Source: Antedon mediterranea
Taxonomy: Eukaryota; Animalia; Echinodermata
Length of the DNA: 64,000 bases
NCBI RefSeq assembly: GCF_964355755.1
Contig: NC_092676.1
Location: forward strand, 14,154,871-14,218,870
Reading direction: 5' to 3'
Numbering within the stretch: position 1 is the stretch's first letter; each line of letters opens with the position of its first letter. Made by a program: the position numbers and the translations under genes. Of the stretch, positions 52,110-63,338 are shown piece by piece. The notes below the pieces were generated by a model. The model saw nothing but the letters and a program-made list of their open reading frames with translations, was not told the origin of the DNA and made no database searches.

Positions 52110-53720
52110 ATTTGGAGCATTATATGACATGAGGCACAGTAAACATCTTTTCTTGGCAAAATATTTTGATATATGTTAGCCATGTCTGATGGCTCATAAA
52201 TGCAATGATGGATTGGCAAGTACGTTGGTCTTCAGTTAGATGATACTCTATGTTGTCCAATATCTTTTCCACTGCCTTGTGTGAGTACACACCCCAGAAT
52301 CCGCATCCGCTGAATTTGAGTCGTAAAACGTTATATTTGATGTGATGCTGATAACTTATATGAAGCAAATGTGAACAATGTGGCCTAAGAGTTGAACTTT
52401 AGTACAGTAGTTACGAAGTACAGTATATCATAGACAAACCTTGGAGTGATGATGGGACCAAGAAGAAGATGATGATAATTAAGAAATTTAGTATTATTCG
52501 ACACATTAAATCATTTAGTGATGATGGAATCAATATGACAGTCCCATTTAAGGTTGTCTTGTAAAAAAACTCCCAGGATCTTGGTCCTATTAATATATGG
52601 AGCTTATCAGTTCCAAAGTGTATGTCAACGTGTGAAGGTTGGGTAGAACTGAAACACACCTTAAGGGCTTGACATTTTTTGGGGTTAAGCACTAAACAAT
52701 TGTCATTACACCAGCGGAAAAAAGAATTAAGATCATCTTGTAAAAAAACAAGCATTGAGAGCTTACGGTTTTCACAAAATGTAAGATCATCTACATATTT
52801 CAGATACTTAGTTTTAGAATTTGAACCAGCATCGTTGATCATGATCTGGAAACATAAAGGGCCTAAGAGTAATTAGATAAGGTACCATTATATTTAACAC
52901 ACTGCATACTCATAAAAAGAAAATCACACAACCATGGTACCAAAGCCCCCCTGACACCAATATCAATGATCTTATTAACAAGGATGGTATGGTCGATAAG
53001 ATCAAAGGCCTTGGAGAAATCAGTAAGAACCATGGTACCAACATTGTGCTTATTCTCAGCACCTTGACAGAGATAATACACCAAGTGGGTCAGGTAATGA
53101 GCAGTAGACAAACCCTTAACATTTCCAAACTGGTTAACATCGATTTTTGAACTTATATCTTGCAAGATCCAGTCAGTGATAAACTCCGCAGCTACTTTGG
53201 CAAACACAAAAGTAATAGAGATAGGTCTGAGGTCAATAGTAGGAGGCTGAACCTTGGGCACAGGGACTACAACTGCCTTTTTCCACTGAGAAGGGACAAT
53301 GCCTTCAGAAAAAGAACAGTTGAGTATATCACAAAGTGGTTCACTAAACTCCATGGCAAATAATTTAACAATTTTGGGTGGGACCAAATCTGGTCCGTAG
53401 GCCTTGTTTTCTTTAATAGATCTTAATTTTTTATATATATCCCAAGAATAAAGTTTAGGTGCAGGTTTGTCAGAGGGAAGGAATGCAGGGAGTTGAGTTT
53501 TATTTAGAATAGGGATGTGGGCACTAATGTTAGTAAACAAGTCATTGATGACATTAGCAATGGATTTATGGTCCAATGGAGATCAATTTTCTGTTGGTGC
53601 CATTTACCTGGGTCAGTTTTTTGCAGGTGTCTATTCTACTCTATAAGCATTAAATTTTACTTTAGCTTTAATGATTTCCCTCTTGACTTTGTTTCTGCAA
53701 TCTTTCCAATGGGATAAGTT
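52110..53720 (-). mobile_element. Decayed APE-type LINE RT region
   Basis: KAYGPD, WKKAVVVPVPK, LRPISIT, NQFG, LTDFSKAFDLIDH, KYVDD and LNPKKC; frameshifts and deletions. Confidence 0.85.
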
Positions 53721-54175
53721 ATTGGATTTAAACGCTTTTTGGCGTTCAGAAATAGAATTTCAGATATTCTGTTAATGTTTATCAGACTAGGCCTATAAAA
53801 TCATTTCTATCTACAGTAGCATTCACAGAAACATTCATCATCACATCATCATTTCGCGAAGAAACGACATGGAGTTCATGTACACCCAAATCAAATGTAC
53901 ATGTGTTGTGTGTGTCTCCACATTGTCAAAACGTAACATAGGGCATGCTATCATCTTAGTTGTTCAATCTTTGAAATTTTTTTAAATGCATATTCAAATA
54001 TTTTTGAGTAACCAATCACATGTGGCTGAAAATAGTCCACCGGATAATCGTATGCACCAAGTAGTATACGTATGAAGCGCCATATGTGCCCAAATATTTA
54101 TCCTTTTACCACTCCATCTAGAACCTAGGTTGGTATTAACTATTGAGGAAAATAATTTTGAAAAAAAGAACTTAC

Positions 54176-54405
54176 TATTTGATTGTTGTTGAGTTTCTTC
54201 ATCTGGTTTTGTTGGTTGATCATTATTAGTTTGAGTGTCAAAGGTTTCAAGCTGATGTTGCATACTTATTTCACTATGCTTAGACTGAACAGTTACTTCA
54301 GTAATTTCTGCAATCTTATTTGCATGTTCATTGAATTCCTGTGCAATAAATTCCTGTGCAATTTCTATATTATCATCTTCCTCAGGTTTTCCATAGAATT
54401 CCACC
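54176..54405 (-). CDS. ZC3H4: ZC3H4-like internal exon (acidic/Q-rich)
   Basis: cattttag| acceptor phase 2, |gtaagt donor phase 1; phases bridge the 55972 and 48472 exons exactly. Confidence 0.75.
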
Positions 54406-54796
54406 CTAAAATGCAATACAAATGGTGAATCATTCCTGATACCTATCTATACCTATTATAATTCAGTTTAGCAGTATTTGAAATAAAATTTACAAATGGT
54501 TTAAAAAAGCAATCAAGGTTAGGTTAAAGACCCTAAAATCTCTTCCAAACTACACTAAGCATAGCCCATGACGATTTGTTGGCTAACAGCAGGCACATTC
54601 TTTTACTACTACAGTACTAGCCTAGGCTTGGCAAAGATCGTCTCCTAAAATAGCTAATAATCCTGCCACAATTCCAGTGTATTTTCAATTTCCAAGCAAA
54701 ACAGTTTGTTTACAAAATTAGTAATTTAGTTACACTGCGCATGTGTTGCTTTCCTGGGACGCTCGCTCCAACAATGAGATTTAAATAGACTACTGT

Positions 54797-55279
54797 AGTA
54801 GTAACCCATGTTTCGCACAGTCTTTTTCTGCCTTAATACAGTATGTGGTTATATACTTTGCATGGGCAAGTATAATGACAGCGCACTCTGATAAAAGTAC
54901 TTTGACACATTATTAAAATAAAAACAAATTGTATCACAAATAAAATTTGAAACTACTGTATTTACGGCCATTGCTTTGTTATACACTATCCCTTCACTTT
55001 AAAATATATGTAGGATAAAAAATTAAAGCAATAGTACAGTGGATATGGAACTTTAGACTTTACTTTTGACTGTTCAGACTTTATATTACAAAAATAAGAA
55101 AGACCCGAAAGTAAAATTGTTCTGTGTGAATTAGATGCTGCGCGCACCCACATAACGAATGTATCAAATGCCAAACTATATGATTTTGGGCGTTTTTCGT
55201 GGTGTATTTTTATTTAGTTCAGTGGTTTTTGAGGAGATACGTAAAATACGCGAAAAATTTAGTAGCATTAATGTATAGA
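54797..55279 (-). mobile_element. Helitron-like family B copy without the LINE insertion
   Basis: A|TCTATACATTAAT start on minus; contains the contiguous CATAACGAATGTATCAAATGCC that is split by the LINE in the other copy. Confidence 0.65.
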
Positions 55280-55971
55280 TTGGCTAAAAATATTTAGTAT
55301 GTCCTTGGCCTTGCTTACCTACAGAGTTGTTCTAACTCCCTGTTTTACTAGATCTTTCTTGTGTCCAGGTCTCTGACTGTGACCTGTAAACATCACTCAG
55401 TTTTACACATAATAATAAGGGGAATTCCCGAAAATGCAAATATGCAAACCACTAGCTGCGTGTGTAGGGCGCAGTCTTTATGTCTGACAGCAATTTTTAG
55501 TTGTTGGTTACGGTGTAAAATCACATTTATATTTAAGTATCTTCACAATGTTGTACATTTTTTAGGTGTTGTGATTCTGTTAAAGTTTATTTATACAAGT
55601 CTTACTGTATGAGTTTCTATTGTAGTCATTGGTTCAATTACACTAAGCGAACATTTCATTCTTTAGTTTGTTACAATATTTATTTTTGTGTATGTTGCTG
55701 AATTACAGTCAATTATGTAGTGCTTCTGGAATGTTTGTTTTGGTATTTCTAGTTTTGGTAAATTTATGCGCAAGTCTCTTTTATAGTTTTTTGTTACGTA
55801 TTAATTTATTTATCTAATAATTTGATTGTGAATACTGTGTGTGATAAACTGCTTTTTAATTCCGAATTGTATGCCAGCTGGTCTGGCATTTTACATTAAT
55901 CTTTTACTAAATTCTCTTTTTCCCTGGCGGAGATTGCTACTTGCTTTTGTTATATAATTCTATAGTCTTAC

Positions 55972-56114
55972 TGTTTCTGTTTAAGGAAGCCTTGGGTAGG
56001 TGCAACTTTGATGTCAAACAATGATGGAATATTAGGAGATTTTGTGTCATATGGTGAGTCACCAAGAAGACCTGGTTTAGGTGCTGCAGGAAAATCCTTG
56101 TTAGAATTCAAAGC
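55972..56114 (-). CDS. ZC3H4: ZC3H4-like internal exon
   Basis: ttatcag| acceptor phase 0, |gtaaga donor phase 2; PKPGLLG..IPSLFDIKVAPT matches the family IPSLFEI-V-PT motif. Confidence 0.88.
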
Positions 56115-57029
56115 CTGATAAATGGAAAAAAAAACATATAAACTGCCTTTATTATATTCAATAGTAAAATGATAAGAATTTAAAATGTTCTAAATATCAC
56201 TGTAAGTAACTCTTTAAATGTTAAAGAATGAAATACTATAGCAAGCTTATTCACAATGCTAAGATTCGCTATCAGAAGCAAAGGATTTGATTTATAATTA
56301 CACAAGCACTGTCTGTAATTTATGTCCCCTGTTCTATACAACATTTATACTATTTGTACCAACTCCAAATTACTGTAAGAATATTGTTATTATGTTATTT
56401 TAAACTATCTGAGCCGATGATCTTGATTTGTCCTCATATGTGTAAACTGGAAGACAATGTTATTTTTGTATTAACTGTAGTGATAAGGCTGAAATTAAAA
56501 TACCATACAGTTAGGAAATTCTCTCAATGAATCAATCAAGACCATTATATCCGTTTTTTACAAAAGCCTATTAGTGCCTTTTTAATAACTATGTGTTTTT
56601 TTAGCGTAATCCGTTCTAACGAATTATTAATTCGGAGAGATATATGTACTAATTTAGACCAAAAAAGGCATTAAATAAAAATGTTTTAGATTGTTTGTAT
56701 GATTTTGATTTAATTAATTATTAATGGGAACATCTACAAGACGTGGAATCATTGGAAAAACAGTAATTATTTGCTACCTGACCCAGCAGATATTCTACTG
56801 GTTGTTGGCTATACTGTATAATAACAGATATCCCCTTTTATATCAGTAAAATATAAGATATGACATCCCCTTGAGAATGATATGACAACATTTTTATAAT
56901 ACAGAACTATGGTTAAAAAACCCCACCAAAACCCCTACCCCTCTTATCAAATGAAATTGAAATTGACATGTGAAGTACAAGCACAATCAAACACTTGACC
57001 ACTAAAGTGTTGTCCTAAAGTGTACTTAC

Positions 57030-57139
57030 TTTGTCCAATAATGGCTTTGTTTGATCTGTTAGAGGATCATGAGAGAACTTGCAGCTGTCCCCTGAAAAGC
57101 ATGGCTGTCCCATATGATAAAACTTGCAAGGAAATTGAC
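57030..57139 (-). CDS. ZC3H4: ZC3H4-like exon, CCCH finger 3
   Basis: [26 protein letters not shown] (C-x8-C-x5-C-x3-H); |gtaagt donor. Confidence 0.92.
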
Positions 57140-58077
57140 CTTCAAATTATGTTAAGGTAAACTTTAATGTTAATAGAATTTTACCTCAAACTAATGTTAA
57201 AGTAGTGTAATACAATCAAAGGCAAAACAGTACATCAGCCTGTGTTGGTAGCTTCCTGAAACAACTAGAGGTGATTGATGATGATTGTTATTCTGATTAT
57301 TATTCTTTAATATTATTTGCATGATGTAATTCAACACCTTTACTTTTTTAATATTTTACGTAATAGATACTCATTATTACTTATAATTATTAAAAGAGAT
57401 ATAGTGAATTTGACTAGACAAAATATTATTAGATTAAAAACATAAAAACTTAATGCAAATGACTTTTGTGTTCCTATTTGTGGACTGTATATTTAATACA
57501 AATATTAATTGCAGACACACTAAAATATTGTTACTTGGGCAGCAAAAATTACTTAATTGTTATTTGGATTTATAAAATTTACTGCAAGTAACACCTACAT
57601 TACAATGGTTATTACTACAGCATATGGCAATACCATCTTAAACACTAATTCTTGTTACTGTAAATAACCAAAGTTAAGCAATGTTTGGCTGGTAGATAAC
57701 TTGGATGGGAGACCATGTAGGAATAACGGCTGTGTGACATTCATAAAAGATTGATATGGCATAACGGTTACAGATTGTTGTATGCATGCTTACTGTATTG
57801 CTTTTGTCTTTCAGATAGAAAATATAGCTGTTGCTCAGTTTACATACAGTGCACGTTAATAAAGCAATTATAATTGCATTAAAAATAATATACATACAGT
57901 ACTGTTCATGTACAACTTTAATCTGAAAAGAATTAATGTTTAGACAACATGTGATTTATAAAGGAAACTAAAATATCAATCTCCAAGCCAAATGCTTGTT
58001 TATGAAGCTTAGAACCTGAAGCCAAAATTCTTGAGACATAAGGGCAATCATTTGCAGATTACAATAATAAAGGATAC
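57140..58077 (-). other. U12-type (minor spliceosome) GT-AG intron
   Basis: 5' site |GTATCCTTT; branch sequence TTTACCTTAAC ending 11 nt before the AG|; no polypyrimidine tract. Confidence 0.88.
57620..57741 (+). pseudogene. Degenerate 5S rRNA-derived copy
   Basis: ~120 nt collinear with 5S rRNA: GCATATGGCAATACCAT 5' end, AAGTTAAGCA (box A) and ACTTGGATGGGAGACC..GGAATA (box C region); many substitutions. Confidence 0.7.
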
Positions 58078-58189
58078 CATGATAGAACAGACATGTATCA
58101 CCTCTTGCACAGCTATCTTGAAGGTAAAATTTACAAATTTCTGGTTTCTTAGTTGGGTTCAAATCATGACTATATGTACAATTTGCTCC
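58078..58189 (-). CDS. ZC3H4: ZC3H4-like exon, end of CCCH finger 1 and finger 2
   Basis: ttccttag| acceptor; GANCTYSHDLNPTKKPEICKFYLQDSCARGDTCLFYH. Confidence 0.92.
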
Positions 58190-58937
58190 CTAAGGAAAAA
58201 TAATAAGACTGCATGTTGTCAATAAGGCAGAGCCGATTTAAAACAATGATTGTTAAATGTTAAAACTTAAAAAATATTCTCTCCATTCAATAAATATAAA
58301 ACATTCATTAATTGTTTTATAACACACCAACTGTACTGTTATAAAATCGCGGATCAGCCAACAATATCACGTGGCAAACATTTTAAAAATATTTTCAAAA
58401 AGAAAAAAAAATTAGATATCTCAGTTTTCCATTAGGTAGAACTAATACAGGCATGTGATGCCTAATTAATAAATCAAATCAGATGTGTCATGATATACAA
58501 ATAATGAATGTTTATGATGAGTTGGATGGTGAGAACATTTCAGGCTCTGCCTCATTAAAAATAGAGCAGTCAATTTTTCAACGAATGAAATATTCTCTCC
58601 ATTCAACAAATACAAAACATTCACACACCTACATTTATTCAATTTATTCATCGTAAATCTTTGACGAATGCTACAGTAGGCCACAAAACTAGGCCATTAA
58701 AAATGGCAGTGGTTCAGTTATAGATGGCCACCCAACACATTGATTTCCAAGCAACATTGTATGGCAAAAATTCTCAAACTGTTTACAGAAAGCTGAATGT
58801 CCATTAGAGCATGTTAATTTTTGTTTGGTAAGGAAATTCCAATTAACATGTGATGCATATTTAACCAATCAAATTGCAAGAATACAATCAGGTGTATTAG
58901 AATATTATATTTTTTTATACAGTACAGTCAGATTTAC

Positions 58938-59339
58938 CTTTAAACAAGCATTGTCCATATAAAACTTGCAAATGAGATTTTTAGTGATTTCAGGCGGAGG
59001 TTTAGATTGTTGAGACCGATTTACTCCTCTGCCCCTGGCTGTTCCTCTACCACGGTCCCCAGCTCCTCGCCCTCTGTCTGCTCCTCGCCCTCTGTCTGCT
59101 CCTCGCCCTCTGTCTGCTCCACGTCCTCTGTCTGCTCCACGTCCTCTGTCTGCTCCACGTCCTCTGTCTGCTCCACGTCCTCTATCTGCTCCTCTTCCTC
59201 TACTACCTCTTCCTCTTTCAAACTCTCCTCTACCACGTCCTCTATCTGCTCTTCCTTTTCCCCTACCCCAATAGTCCTCACCTCTCCCTCTTCCAAATGA
59301 TTTCCGAGTTGGACTACGTTGTTCCATCTGAAAGGTATC
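58938..59339 (-). CDS. ZC3H4: ZC3H4-like exon, RG-rich region and start of CCCH finger 1
   Basis: RG/GADRGR repeats then ICKFYMDNACLK|gtaaat; exon starts at 59339 (tttag|) or in frame at 59327 (tttcag|). Confidence 0.88.
59066..59192 (-). repeat. Coding 18-bp tandem repeat x7 (GADRGR)
   Basis: GGAGCAGA(C/T)AGAGG(ACGT/GCGA) units on the minus strand. Confidence 0.95.
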
Positions 59340-59503
59340 CTAAATATAGTTTAGCATCTACACATTGTCTAAGCTTGGACTCACTAGCCCTGTTTTAACG
59401 CCTCTGGTATATATAACTACGTAAATTAGTTTATCATGCCCATATGATGTTCCAAATAATAAAGTTAATAAAACCTCAACAGATTTATGTTCACAATACT
59501 TAC

Positions 59504-59621
59504 ACTATCCATATGATGTTCCATATCATCATGATCATATCTCCCGTGGTCATCACCATGATGTATGTCCCTGTATCCCTGCCCTTCATCTTCCGACATA
59601 TATTCTTGTTCAGATTGTTGA
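59504..59621 (-). CDS. ZC3H4: ZC3H4-like exon (D/H/E-rich); gene probably continues right of the window
   Basis: tttacag| acceptor phase 2, |gtaagt donor phase 0, open QQSEQEYMSEDEGQGYRDIHHGDDHGRYDHDDMEHHMDS. Confidence 0.78.
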
Positions 59622-60876
59622 CTGTAAATAATTAAAATTACAGTTTATCGAGAGTATACTATAAAGTATAGTTGAAAAACTTTCAAAAAAGACTTTAGGA
59701 CATGTATAACTATACTGGAATACTGTATAGGAAAGATGATGTCATATGTTTTCTTACACACCATCATGTAATCATGCACTCGATAATAATGCAGGATAAA
59801 TATTTCATTGTTTTGGATTTAATATCAAATGATAGCTTATAAAAAGTTATGCTGGGTATATATTGGTTAATTAATACTATATTATAATAAATAAGCATTT
59901 TTTGCGTAAAAAAAAAAAAAAAATATTATATATTATTTTTTTTTAAGGTAGCACTCAATAGTAACAAAACCTCTCTAAAAATAATAATACCTTCAGATTA
60001 ATTTGAACCCTATTTAAAGTTTGTCCAACTATTAGTTACAAAGTTATTTGATGTAGATCAAAGGTCAAATATGCCAAAAATCATACTTCCAGCCATTTTT
60101 CGACAAACTTTTCCATTAGAACGAATATTAATATGCATCTCCCAATAATTTGACACTAAAATTATTTCATTTACTCTAAGCGTTGCAAAGATATGACCAT
60201 TTTGTTTTCAATGGGTCAAAACATTCAAATTGAGGTCAGAGGTCAAAGATGAATTTTAGAAATTTGACAACATGGGTTTTTATAACCAGCATGATTCAAA
60301 TATTCATAAAACACAATGTTTACACTTTCCCCATGTTCTGCACACGAAGGTACTTTTTTTAACATAGGGATCTGGACTATAATAAAAAGTTACTGGAAAT
60401 CTGATTTTACCTCTGTGGCCTTTGACCTCAATTAAAAAAACAGCCATAACTCTGCAATGGTTTGGTCTATTAAAATGGATTTGGTGTTAAATTGATCTTA
60501 AGGTATATATTGTTGCTCTAAATGGAAAGTTTTCTCCAAAAATGATTGGATTTCCTATTTCAAAACTTTGACCTTGGCATACCTTATCTTATTCAAAATG
60601 CAAATGTAATAAATTGAATATCATGTTTAATCAATGAATTCTACTACAAATAGAAGTGTTGTAATACAATTACTCTAGTAGTTGACTTCCGAAATTGGTT
60701 TAGGATTGGTTTAAACACATTTTGAAAATGTGGCGAAAGGTTAAAAGGTCAGGGTGAAAGGTTATAATACCAAACAGCAATAGGTTCTTAAATCTCGAAA
60801 AAGAAAGAAAGGAATATACATATTTACATTCATTCTAACAGAAAATTTGCTTAAAAGATGACCAGAAATACTATTA

Positions 60877-61547
60877 CCGTACTGACGCGGGTATAAGCCC
60901 ACCCCCCTTGAACATGAAATCACGTCAAGTTTGGGGGGTGGGCTTATACCCGAGGATCCAAAAATGCAGATCGTCAAAAACAGCACATGATGTACACTGT
61001 GTATTCCACCATGTGAGCGAGCGCCCTCACGTGTACGACGTTGCCTCTCTAATACACGAGGTGTAGAGTGTCGGAAAATTAAGCTTATAGTTCGTGTAAT
61101 TTATCGTAGAATATCTTATTTTAAACATCAATTGAACAAGAATTTATCAAGCAGAAAAGCAAGTATACAATGTTCGTTAAATAGAAATGTACCAAAGAAA
61201 TTTAATAAGCTTGTTTATGGCAGCCGATACCAAATAGTGGTTTTCCGTTTTGGCGACTTGTAGCGTCGTGTGTGAAGCGATCTTCGACCGCGATGGAGTG
61301 TAAACAAAACAGGACCGCTAGGCCTCATATGGCCTAGCGTATATTAGCCTAGCTTGGTTATGATCAAAGGTAGGTGTATTCGGTGTATGGACGTCGCCAA
61401 ATACAGAATAATGTATTACGACACACACTGTAGATCTTCGAATTAATGGGTGGGCTTATACCCGAGTGCCTAATTTTTCATGAAAATTAGTCAAAAGTCG
61501 GGGGTGGGCTTATACCCGAGTATGGGCTTATACCCGCGTCAGTACGG
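60877..61547. mobile_element. Tc1/mariner (pogo-like) MITE
   Basis: TA|CCGTACTGACGCGGGTATAAGCCCA ... TGGGCTTATACCCGCGTCAGTACGG|TA; internal GGGCTTATACCCGAG repeats. Confidence 0.9.
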
Positions 61548-61684
61548 TAATTACAAATGTTTCAAACAAAAAACATCTCTATACAAATTATTCTTAGACA
61601 GTATAAATGTTATACAATAACTGATGCTTTAAATGGTATAGGAATTACAACAAATCCGTTACTGTTTGTAATTGTACTTTTGCT

Positions 61685-63119
61685 GGCGCTAATGCAGTTT
61701 CGTACCCACCCCTTAAAATTACTCAAAATGATTTCAATACTTATCTAGCCTACTCACGAGTTGTCTACAGCATTCAGCAAGCATAAAATGGTAAAATATC
61801 GATAATTTCTTATTTATAACTATTTTTAATCAATTAATAATTGAGCACCCTTCAGAAATCCATCGCCAGCTTAGCTTCGCGAAAATCATCGCTCGCTAGG
61901 CCTGCCGATGAAAGTACGGAGGCCTCATAGGGCATCGATCTATAGAGGACGCTGTTATATGATCATATTATGGCGATAATAAAATAGTTTTTACATGTTC
62001 CTCGTGAAACGGATTTTAATTTTTTTTCATAAAGAAATATTTTGTGTTTAATTATGTTGAATTCTATTTATTTTGAATGTTGTGTGTTATTGTCTTGTCA
62101 AATTATATTTTTTGTAAGGGTCCCTAATAATCAGCTTCGGCTGGATGGACCACCCTCATAAAATATTGTTGAAATAAATTAATGAATAGACATGAAATGA
62201 TGTATTCAGTGTCATCAGAAGTAAAATAAATTCTAGTAATTGATGGAAAACATTTTTATTATAATTATTATTGTATTACTGTACATTACATTTCAATAAA
62301 TTATATCTTTCTGTTTTTGTTGCATTTCCTATTTCCATGTATTTGAAGAGGTCTTTCATAGGTGAATAAAAAATGTTAATTAATAATAATATACTTCTAT
62401 AAAATCTTAAAACAGGGAAACCATTAGCGTTTCTAGTATAGCTAGTGATACCAAATACTAAAACAATTAATTCGTCATAGCTTGATTATTGTGTTATAAC
62501 ATTAACCATGTAACTCAGGAATGAAGTACTGTAATTCTTTTTATTCATTTCATTTATTTATTTGACCTACAAACCATAATGTAAAATAAACTAAAACAGA
62601 GGAAAATTGGTCAGTACTTATAACTTCAAGAGTCAGCAGTTCCATATTTATCTTCTTTTCTGTGTGAAATTCTACTAGTAAAATGAAAGAACAAATTAAA
62701 AACATAACATAATTATGATGATACCCACAATGATGAATACAGCAATTGTATAGTATTTCTTTTCTTTATTAAAAATACGAAACGCATGTCGGAAATAATG
62801 AAAATTATAATTATTTGGTGTGTGCTTTAAATGTTAGTAACTACGCCCTCTATAGAACGCAACTGTTTACTCTATAGAGTTGATGTCCTGTGAGGCCTCC
62901 GTACTTTTATCGGCAGGCTTAGCGATGATTTTCGCGAAGCTAAGCTGGCGATGTATTTCGGAAGGGTGCTCAGTATTAATTGATTAAAAATAGTTTTAAA
63001 TAAAAAATTATCGATTTTTTACAATTTTATGATTGCAGAAGGTTGTAGACAACTCGTGAGTAGGTTGGATGAAGATTTTGAGTAATTTTAAGGGGTGGGT
63101 ACGAAACTGCATTAGCGCC
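61685..63119. mobile_element. Non-autonomous DNA transposon with ~260-bp TIRs, Merlin-like
   Basis: GGCGCTAATGCAGTTTCGTACCCACCCCTTAAAATTACTCAAAAT and its reverse complement; 8-bp TSD CTTTTGCT at 61677-61684 and 63120-63127. Confidence 0.85.
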
Positions 63120-63230
63120 CTTTTGCTTGTAATAATGCTAGAAAATATTGTTGACCCCTGAGGATGATCAAACATTGATAGAAACGTTGAACTCAACATT
63201 TCTTTTCAGAATGCTAGAAGAAGTAACTTA

Positions 63231-63338
63231 CCGTAATTATCCAAATAATAGCCCCAGGCATTTATTGTTCAGAGGGGTGTGTAGGGGGAGGGGTGTTTAT
63301 TCGGTGGAGGCGTTTATTTTTTTTGGGTGTAAATATGG
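63231..63338. mobile_element. Tiny degenerate CCGTA-type Tc1/mariner MITE
   Basis: TA|CCGTAATTATCC...TAAATATGG|TA; a similar right end occurs at ~14600-14681. Confidence 0.5.

Noticed and set aside
59007-59300. E-rich (59021-59296) and S-rich (59007-59300) ORFs as separate genes
   Set aside because: Shadow frames of the 18-bp coding repeat; only the RG frame leads into the CCCH finger and splices in phase.
61557-63199. Two ORFs sharing ALMQFRTHPLKLLK
   Set aside because: Both simply translate the opposite TIRs of the same MITE.
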